From a virus (Duplodnaviria; Heunggongvirae; Uroviricota; Caudoviricetes): a stretch of 5,283 nt of DNA. A program made the translations under genes and the position numbers. This document shows positions 1 through 5,283 of this stretch, one piece after another. The stretch lies in IMG/VR virus record IMGVR_UViG_2534681742_000007. One strand, written 5' to 3'. The notes beneath the pieces were generated by a model, which saw only the letters and a program-made list of their open reading frames with translations, made no database searches and was not told the DNA's origin. Every line of letters begins with the position of its first letter. Position 1 is the first letter of the stretch.

Positions 1-408
1 ATGGCAACTCTTAAATCAATAATGGCAATAACCACCTTAATAATTTCACTCAATGCATACGCAAACACGAATGACATTAAAACTCTTCAAAAACAACTGA
101 AACCATGGCAACCACTGGAAATCACAACAAAAGATAGCTCTCTTACCGTTGTTCTCCCTGCTAAAAAAATCACATCAGAAGCCTATAATCATTTAATTAT
201 GTCCGGTGTATGCACCCCACTCTGGACACATGACGCTCCTTCTTCATTTTTAAAAAATGTAAGTGAAATCAATATAGTTAACCAATATAAGTCTATTGGA
301 TATACCTTTGAAGACCCATTGACCACATGCAATGAAATCGCTCCGTTAATGGAAAAACCTGCACAAACAGTGGTGTTATCCAAAACTCATACCTACACAG
401 GTAAGTAA
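1..408 (+). CDS. hypothetical small secreted protein (135 aa as read; ORF starts at window edge, so the true N-terminus could lie upstream)
   Basis: ATG at 1-3, stop TAA at 406-408. N-terminus MATLKSIMAITTLIISLNAYA-NT has a signal-peptide layout (charged n-region, hydrophobic core, AYA signal peptidase I-type site). Two Cys in the mature part (GVCTPLW, TTCNEI). Visibly AT-rich relative to the rest of the window. Followed at 425-448 by a hairpin terminator. No family recognised from sequence. Confidence 0.5.
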   Translation: MATLKSIMAITTLIISLNAYANTNDIKTLQKQLKPWQPLEITTKDSSLTVVLPAKKITSEAYNHLIMSGVCTPLWTHDAPSSFLKNVSEINIVNQYKSIGYTFEDPLTTCNEIAPLMEKPAQTVVLSKTHTYTGK

Positions 409-424
409 ATAGCTCAAATAAGAT

Positions 425-455
425 AAAGCCCCTCGACTGAGGGGCTTTCTGTTTG
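425..455. terminator. bidirectional rho-independent terminator between convergent genes
   Basis: Perfect 10-bp inverted repeat AAAGCCCCTC (425-434) / GAGGGGCTTT (439-448) with 4-nt loop GACT. Followed on the plus strand by CTGTTTGT and on the minus strand by AUCUUAUUUG. Lies 17 nt after the stop of the 1-408 gene and 11 nt after the ogr stop (459-461). Confidence 0.6.
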
Positions 456-458
456 TAA

Positions 459-677
459 TTACATCCACATAATTTGCTGCCCTGACGGCAACGGGTGCGG
501 CCTTACGGCGTGGACTTCTCCCGGCTTCACGATGTATCGCTGTACCGACTCATAGGTGATGAACGTGGCGCTGCAATTCACGTTCTGGCACTGGTGATAA
601 CGCTCTTTTGTCGTGTCAGTGATATAGCGGCTTGTACGCGCATGTGCGGCATGCTGGCATAAAGGACAATGAAACAT
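459..677 (-). CDS. ogr: late gene transcriptional activator Ogr (zinc-finger, 72 aa)
   Basis: Protein MFHCPLCQHAAHARTSRYITDTTKERYHQCQNVNCSATFITYESVQRYIVKPGEVHAVRPHPLPSGQQIMWM carries the C-x2-C-x22-C-x4-C zinc-binding motif of the P2 Ogr / 186 B / P4 Delta family, and Tyr42 is present. ATG at 677-675 is preceded by GAGGTG with ~6-nt spacing. The track's 93-aa form starts at a TTG (740-738) with no comparable ribosome-binding site. Position immediately after D matches P2 synteny. Confidence 0.88.
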   Translation of the reverse strand: MFHCPLCQHAAHARTSRYITDTTKERYHQCQNVNCSATFITYESVQRYIVKPGEVHAVRPHPLPSGQQIMWM

Positions 678-711
678 CGCGAGCACCTCTTCCGGTTTTG
701 TTGATGGTGCC

Positions 712-740
712 ATTTTAGTTAATTTATCCTTATAAAACAA
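712..740 (-). promoter_or_regulatory. candidate sigma70 promoter for ogr in the D-ogr intergenic region
   Basis: On the minus strand: TTGTTT (plus 740-735) as -35, a 17-bp spacer, TAAAAT (plus 717-712) as -10, about 35 nt upstream of the ogr ATG. The intergenic region (678-758) is AT-rich with no hairpin terminator. Pattern match only. Confidence 0.35.
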
Positions 741-758
741 ACAGATAAATAAAACATA

Positions 759-1922
759 TCACTCATCATCTTCTGTTTCGTACTCCACATCAGAAAGCCT
801 GACCTCAAGCTCCAGGGACGTCGTGAAGCCGCTATTATTCAGAAAATGTGTCACCTTAGTGATAGTCCAGTCCTGCTCGTCTATGACGCGCTTAAAGCCT
901 GACACTCTGACCGGTGTTTCCGTGTAAATATCTGCCCGACCGGTAGCCAGGCTGATGGAGAACTCCGCAACGCCCCGTTGCAGTTTATCCCACTTCGCCT
1001 GAGCGGCGCGCATGGCCTGCGCTTTCGTGGCATATACCGTAGTCAGGGCAAAAACGTTGTCAGCCTCACCGGCCATGTATTCACCTTCGCGCGCTTCCGG
1101 TACTTTTGGCGCTTTCTTCTGCGTGACCGGTTTTGCTTTCGGGTGCTCCAGTGCGCGCAGGTGTTTCTCTTTCTTTTTGCGCTTCAGTTTTACCTTCTGC
1201 TTTTGTGGCTTTGGGTCTTTGGTGTGTAACCACTTTGCCGTTACGCCGGTATAGGCTCCACGGTCAGCAATCGCAAAATGATGGCGGTCGCCGTCGCTGC
1301 GGGTGATGGTAATCTGCGGGATTTTTTTACCGCTGGCCGTCACCCCCTGCCCCGCTTTGAGAAACAGCAGTTTTCCCATTTTTACCGACACCTCACCGCC
1401 GTTGCGTTCAGCAAGACGGGTCAGGAATTTCGCATCAGACTCCTGCGACTGGTCGATGTGCGGGATTTTAATTCCGGCCAGTGACGGAGCGACACTGGCT
1501 TCCAGCTTGTTACGGCAGGCTATCGCCTCAACAATCGCACCGAGCGTGGTGTCATGCCAGGAGCCTTCACGGCGGGAATTGAGCGTCCCGCGAAAATCTG
1601 CACTCCGGGCGCGGATGGTGACCACATCCGGCGCGCCCCGGTGTTCGATCTCATCAACGGTAAATTTCCCTTTGCATACCAGGGCAAAACCTTTCCAGCC
1701 GATATACACCGTCAGGACAGCGCCACGAACCGGCAGCCCGACCTGCCCGTCGGCATCATTCAGTTCAATATCAAGCTGGTCAGCCTCAAAGCCCCGGTTA
1801 TCCGTCAGGGTCATGCTCATCAGACGGTCGCTGATATTGCCGGTAATATCCCTGCTGTCGAGCATCAGCATATAATCCGGCGTCAGCGTACTGCCTGCAT
1901 CAAATGTCAGCGCATCCAGCAT
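759..1922 (-). CDS. D: tail/baseplate hub protein D (P2 gpD, 'late control gene D' family; the domain shared with T6SS VgrG N-termini)
   Basis: 387-aa ORF, the length of P2 gpD. Sits between U and ogr. Its ATG (1922-1920) overlaps the U stop as TAATG (1924-1920). Ends ...RLSDVEYETEDDE. Confidence 0.88.
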   Translation of the reverse strand: MLDALTFDAGSTLTPDYMLMLDSRDITGNISDRLMSMTLTDNRGFEADQLDIELNDADGQVGLPVRGAVLTVYIGWKGFALVCKGKFTVDEIEHRGAPDVVTIRARSADFRGTLNSRREGSWHDTTLGAIVEAIACRNKLEASVAPSLAGIKIPHIDQSQESDAKFLTRLAERNGGEVSVKMGKLLFLKAGQGVTASGKKIPQITITRSDGDRHHFAIADRGAYTGVTAKWLHTKDPKPQKQKVKLKRKKKEKHLRALEHPKAKPVTQKKAPKVPEAREGEYMAGEADNVFALTTVYATKAQAMRAAQAKWDKLQRGVAEFSISLATGRADIYTETPVRVSGFKRVIDEQDWTITKVTHFLNNSGFTTSLELEVRLSDVEYETEDDE

Positions 1923-2401
1923 TATCCCGCCCCCGTCATACCCGTGAATCTGGTCGCCATACTGCCAGCCTTACCGATGAGCGATTCCGCCTGTTTACCG
2001 ATATCGCCATAAAGCGCGACCAGTGATTCATCAACGCGGGTGAGCGACAGCGTAAAATCAATTTTCCGGGGTGTGCCGTCTGCAAAGAAAATACTCCCTG
2101 TTTCACTCACCCTGCTGATGACATACATGCCGTAAATCATGCCGGTGCCATCCAGTAACGGCCACGCCCGGCCTTCCTCAGCCATCATCCTGAGCGTGGT
2201 CATCGTCAGCTTGCCGCCGGTCAGTTCGGGATAAAGCACACCGGCAAGCGTGATGTTTTCCTCGCCAACACCGAGAAACTGAAAGGCATCCCGTTTGCCG
2301 ATACGGGAATTTGACGGCCAGCGATAATCTGATTCACGCTGCATGGTCTGGTGTGGCAGCGTCTGGCGCATAAAAACAAACATACCTAACGCGAGCATCA
2401 T
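1922..2401 (-). CDS. U: tail protein U (P2 gpU, tail terminator-type protein)
   Basis: 159-aa ORF directly downstream of T. Strong ribosome-binding site AAGGAGGTGA about 7 nt before the ATG at 2401-2399; a second in-frame ATG follows at 2398-2396. Stop TAA at 1924-1922 overlaps the D start. Confidence 0.88.
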   Translation of the reverse strand: MMLALGMFVFMRQTLPHQTMQRESDYRWPSNSRIGKRDAFQFLGVGEENITLAGVLYPELTGGKLTMTTLRMMAEEGRAWPLLDGTGMIYGMYVISRVSETGSIFFADGTPRKIDFTLSLTRVDESLVALYGDIGKQAESLIGKAGSMATRFTGMTGAG

Positions 2402-2415
2402 TTTTCGTCACCTCC

Positions 2416-4863
2416 TTAACCGTCATGCATCATGCTGGCACGGGCGCGCGCACGTTTATCCCGCTCGTATTTTTCGAGCGCATCCTGTAACTGGCGGTCA
2501 AGCTGTGTCCCCGGCGCAGTACCACCCGTCAGGCTGATGTGATATTCGTTTTTACTCTGGTCTACATAAGAGCGGCCAGCCGGTGCCGTAACCGGCTGAT
2601 AAGCCTGATAACCTGCATAAGAGCTGGTCGCCGGAATATAACCACCGGTGCCATACGTGGCGGCATGAGTTCTGGCGGCGGTCTGGTCAAGTGTGTCTGA
2701 CTCTTTGTTGATAACACCGAGTTTTTCCAGCACCCAGTCAATACCGCTGCGCAGTTTGTTGAACGTATTAAGCGGCAGCATCAGCGCGTCAGCCAGTGCC
2801 TGCCCGAACATGACCCCCGTGTCACGGCAACGGTTCAGGGTGTCCTGTGTGGCTTTAACCGGGGCAATCAAGTTTTTAAACCACTGCCACGCGGCCTGTA
2901 ACTTTTCACCCAGCCAGTCAAACACCGGCTTAAGTGGCGTGAACAGTTCCCCCACCGGCGCAAATGCCACTTTCAGCCCTTCAACCACACCGCCAAAGAA
3001 TGCGCTGACAGGCTCCCAGTATTTACGGATAAGCAACGCCCCGGCGACAATTGCGGCCACCACGGCCACAACCGGCCAGCTAATAGCCCCGATGGCGGTC
3101 ATAACAGCACTGCCAACCGTCGTGAAGATTGCCCCCATTGCGCCTGCTGCCGCGATGATGGCATTGATGCCGGTGATAACCGGCCAGGCTACGAGGCCAA
3201 TGGCACCGATGACACCAATCAGTGCCAGTGCACCACCGACAATGATGCCGATGGTTGACGCCAGTGATTTGTTTTTCTGGATCCAGCCGTCGAGTTTTAA
3301 CACATACTTTGTGGCCGTCTGCGTGAGATTACGCAGTGCGCCTTCCTGCTGGTCAAACAGGTCAGTCCCCACCGCCTCATAAGCGGACTGAAACTCCTTA
3401 AAGTCACCGCCGAGGTTGTCCTGCATGATATTTACCAGCTCTGCGGTCTTTCCGTCTGAGGCTTTAAACGCAGCGGTCAGTTTGTCCAGCTTTCCGGTTG
3501 AGGCGGCAGTCATCAGCACGGCGGCGGCTGAGCTGGCCTCCTCCCCGAAAATAGTTTTCATGTATTCAGCCTGCTGGGCAGTACCGAGCCGGTTTTTCTC
3601 AAAACTGGCCTGCATTTCTTTCAGAATGGTAAATATTGGCCTGGTGTTTCCCTTGCTGTCTGAGGTTTTTACGCCAAGCTCTTTGAGTGCATCCCATGCT
3701 TTTCCCGTCGGTGCCTGCAGGCGGCTTAACACGGCACGGCTTCCCGTCCCCGCCATTGAGCCTGTGATTTTTGCATCATGCAGCGCCCCGACCATTGCGG
3801 CGGTTTCTTCAATGCTGACACCGGCATTTTTTGCCACAGGTGCGGCATAGGTCAGCGCATCGCTCATGCCGTCAAAATCGGCGGCGGTTTTGTTCATCGT
3901 CATGGAGAGAACATCCCCGATATGAGCGACCTTATCGTTTGAAAGCTGAAAAGCGGATTTCATCCCCATCAGCAGGGCGGCGTTTTCTTCCATCGTGCGG
4001 CGGTTCGCCAGCGCCATATTCAGCGTGACCGGCGTTGCCGCCTGAATGGCATCAACATCCCCACCCGCTTTCGCGATGATTATCTGTGCACCGGCCGCAT
4101 CATCCGCCGAGGCGGCAGTATTGTCACCGAGCTGGCGCGCCTGTTTGCGTAGTGCTGCCATTTCGGCGGAATCTTTTGCCACACCGAGCACGGCCTGTAA
4201 TTCTGAGTTTTTCTGCGCAAACTCATAACCGGGCATCAGTAGCTTAACACCGGCCATCGTTCCCGCCGCCGCAATCCCCACACCGGCAGCGCCCACTGAG
4301 GCCATATTTCCGGCCAGCTCCTTTCCGGCCTGATAACGCTGTTTTACTGCGTTAAGTTTTGCCTGTTGCGCACTGACACGCGCCAGCGCGTCACGCTGAC
4401 GGTTAAGCTGTGCGGTGGTTTCACTGATACGGTTTTTCAGTCCCTGCTCATCATGTGCAAGATTGCGGGTATTAATTCCCACAGCGGCCAGTTCCCGCTG
4501 CTGGCGTTTAACGGAATCCGTCAGGCGGTTATATTTCGCCTGTAAGTCCTCCGCCGCACGCTTTGCGGATTCCAGCACTTTCGCCTGAGCACGGGTCGGA
4601 CGTTCGGTGTTTTTAAACTGTGTGGCAAGGGCTTCTGCTTCCTGCCGAGCCTTTTCAAGTGCATGACCAGTCACGGCGAGCTGTGCACTGGTCTTGCGGA
4701 ATCCCTCAATACGGGATGCCTGACCGTTCAGCTCGCGCAGTGATTTTTGTGTTTCCCGGATATCCCCCGACAGCGACTTGCTCGCTGTGCGGATGGATTT
4801 AAACGGACGGGATGCCTGGTCAACAGCCCTGAGCAATACCTGTAATTTTACATTGTTACTCAT
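2416..4863 (-). CDS. T: tail tape measure protein T (P2 gpT)
   Basis: 815-aa ORF, the length of P2 gpT. N-terminal two-thirds is rich in A/Q/K/R/E and coiled-coil-like; the C-terminal third has a long Gly/Ala/Ile/Val-rich hydrophobic segment (…IGIIVGGALALIGVIGAIGLVAWPVITGINAIIAAAGAMGAIFTTVGSAVMTAIGAISWPVVAVVAAIVAGALLIRKYW…). Lies immediately downstream of E/E'. ATG at 4863-4861, stop TAA at 2418-2416. Confidence 0.92.
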   Translation of the reverse strand: MSNNVKLQVLLRAVDQASRPFKSIRTASKSLSGDIRETQKSLRELNGQASRIEGFRKTSAQLAVTGHALEKARQEAEALATQFKNTERPTRAQAKVLESAKRAAEDLQAKYNRLTDSVKRQQRELAAVGINTRNLAHDEQGLKNRISETTAQLNRQRDALARVSAQQAKLNAVKQRYQAGKELAGNMASVGAAGVGIAAAGTMAGVKLLMPGYEFAQKNSELQAVLGVAKDSAEMAALRKQARQLGDNTAASADDAAGAQIIIAKAGGDVDAIQAATPVTLNMALANRRTMEENAALLMGMKSAFQLSNDKVAHIGDVLSMTMNKTAADFDGMSDALTYAAPVAKNAGVSIEETAAMVGALHDAKITGSMAGTGSRAVLSRLQAPTGKAWDALKELGVKTSDSKGNTRPIFTILKEMQASFEKNRLGTAQQAEYMKTIFGEEASSAAAVLMTAASTGKLDKLTAAFKASDGKTAELVNIMQDNLGGDFKEFQSAYEAVGTDLFDQQEGALRNLTQTATKYVLKLDGWIQKNKSLASTIGIIVGGALALIGVIGAIGLVAWPVITGINAIIAAAGAMGAIFTTVGSAVMTAIGAISWPVVAVVAAIVAGALLIRKYWEPVSAFFGGVVEGLKVAFAPVGELFTPLKPVFDWLGEKLQAAWQWFKNLIAPVKATQDTLNRCRDTGVMFGQALADALMLPLNTFNKLRSGIDWVLEKLGVINKESDTLDQTAARTHAATYGTGGYIPATSSYAGYQAYQPVTAPAGRSYVDQSKNEYHISLTGGTAPGTQLDRQLQDALEKYERDKRARARASMMHDG

Positions 4864-5283
4864 TCGTGTTTCCGCTTCGCCTGAGCGCCTTTTCGCGCCA
4901 TGTGATGAGTTCGGTCAGGCTCATGGGATACAGTTCTGATGGCGGCCAGTGAAATATCACTGCCACATCCGCCATCAGGTCATCGACCGAGAGATTTTTC
5001 GGAAACGTCACTGCACCGAGTTCGGCGACAAAAAACCGACCACCTTACCGGCCAGCGCCACAAGGTCAGGCAGTTCCAGCGCGGCGACCTCCTGCTCGGT
5101 CAGCATCGGTGCCGTCATGCGCGGCAGCACTTTAATCAGTGCATCGACTTCGGAGTTTGCGACCGCAGCCAGACTGACACCGCGCAGCGTCCCGGCATTG
5201 GGTTTCATCAGCGTGACCTGTTCGATAACCTGTTCACCACGTTTAACCGGATTATCCAGGGTAATGACGTTTTCTTTGTTCAT
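4856..5283 (-). CDS. E+E': E+E' tail assembly chaperone produced by programmed -1 frameshift (about 142 aa)
   Basis: Hand translation of the -1 frame after the T TTT TTG heptamer (plus 5035-5029) gives an open extension …VAELGAVTFPKNLSVDDLMADVAVIFHWPPSELYPMSLTELITWREKALRRSGNTNE. It ends at TAA 4858-4856, 3 nt past the T start codon. Total of about 85 + 57 = 142 aa, the size of P2 E+E'. Analogous to lambda G/GT. Confidence 0.7.
5008..5283 (-). CDS. E: tail assembly chaperone E (P2 gpE, 91 aa)
   Basis: ORF MNKENVITLDNPVK…GKVVGFLSPNSVQ, 91 aa as in P2 gpE. Contains the in-frame slippery run GGT TTT TTG near its 3' end. Its ATG is the last three bases of the window (5283-5281), so the upstream ribosome-binding site is not visible. 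Confidence 0.82.
   Translation of the reverse strand: MNKENVITLDNPVKRGEQVIEQVTLMKPNAGTLRGVSLAAVANSEVDALIKVLPRMTAPMLTEQEVAALELPDLVALAGKVVGFLSPNSVQ
5029..5035 (-). other. -1 programmed ribosomal frameshift slippery heptamer T_TTT_TTG
   Basis: Minus-strand sequence GGT TTT TTG TCG (plus 5037-5026) in the E reading frame. The run of six T followed by G is the P2-type slip site, and the -1 frame downstream is open for 57 codons. Confidence 0.7.

Noticed and set aside
189-383. 64-aa minus-strand ORF inside the 1-408 gene
   Set aside because: Fully embedded antisense to a longer ORF with a coherent signal peptide; no ribosome-binding site evaluated; most likely spurious.
1-408. Possibility that the convergent ORF next to ogr is the 3' end of the phage integrase, as in P2 gene order
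   Set aside because: The protein starts with a Met and signal-peptide-like N-terminus and lacks the tyrosine-recombinase C-terminal motifs (H-x-x-R … Y). Its composition is also unlike the phage genes.
411-450. Direct identification of the P2 attP 27-bp core
   Set aside because: Only a short partial resemblance (AAATAAG… GCCC) to the core as recalled from memory. I cannot align it here, so it is not called as a feature.
459-740. 93-aa extended form of the Ogr ORF given in the ORF track
   Set aside because: Its first codon is TTG (740-738) with no good ribosome-binding site. The internal ATG at 677 has a GAGGTG site and gives the canonical 72-aa zinc-finger protein.
978-2012. Plus-strand ORFs 978-1229, 1012-1254, 1278-1484, 1303-1875 and 1554-2012 overlapping D and U
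   Set aside because: All are antisense to well-supported P2-type genes. Their translations are Cys/Arg/Ser/Pro/Phe-rich and low-complexity, typical of the reverse frames of GC-rich coding sequence, and none has a convincing start context.
2396-2398. Second in-frame ATG as the U start
   Set aside because: The first ATG (2401-2399) has better spacing from the AAGGAGGTGA ribosome-binding site. The difference is one residue and cannot be resolved from sequence alone.
2343-4802. Plus-strand ORFs 2343-2537, 2693-3382 (229 aa), 3416-3850, 3831-4028, 4046-4228 and 4620-4802 inside T
   Set aside because: Antisense shadows of the tape measure gene. The 229-aa one mirrors the Gly/Ala-rich hydrophobic segment of T, which gives Ser/Thr/Ala/Pro-rich antisense codons. 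No independent support.

Overview
Bases ~459-5283 are a contiguous, minus-strand, P2-type (Peduovirus-like) phage tail-assembly module ending in the late-gene activator: E and its frameshifted E+E' form, tape measure T, tail protein U, baseplate hub D, then ogr. Gene order, protein lengths (91/142/815/159/387/72 aa) and tight gene overlaps all fit the phage P2 'FETUD-ogr' layout. The Ogr assignment rests on its C-x2-C-x22-C-x4-C zinc motif; the closeness to P2 itself is from memory and was not checked by alignment. The module ends at a bidirectional hairpin terminator (425-455). Beyond it, bases 1-408 carry a convergent, visibly AT-rich gene for a small protein with a signal peptide, which is not the integrase 3' end that P2 has at this position. 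That junction and orphan gene are the only part of the window not explained by known P2 biology. I see no evidence of a multi-gene novel system. There are no rRNA, tRNA, CRISPR or IS elements. All plus-strand ORFs inside the tail genes look like antisense artefacts.
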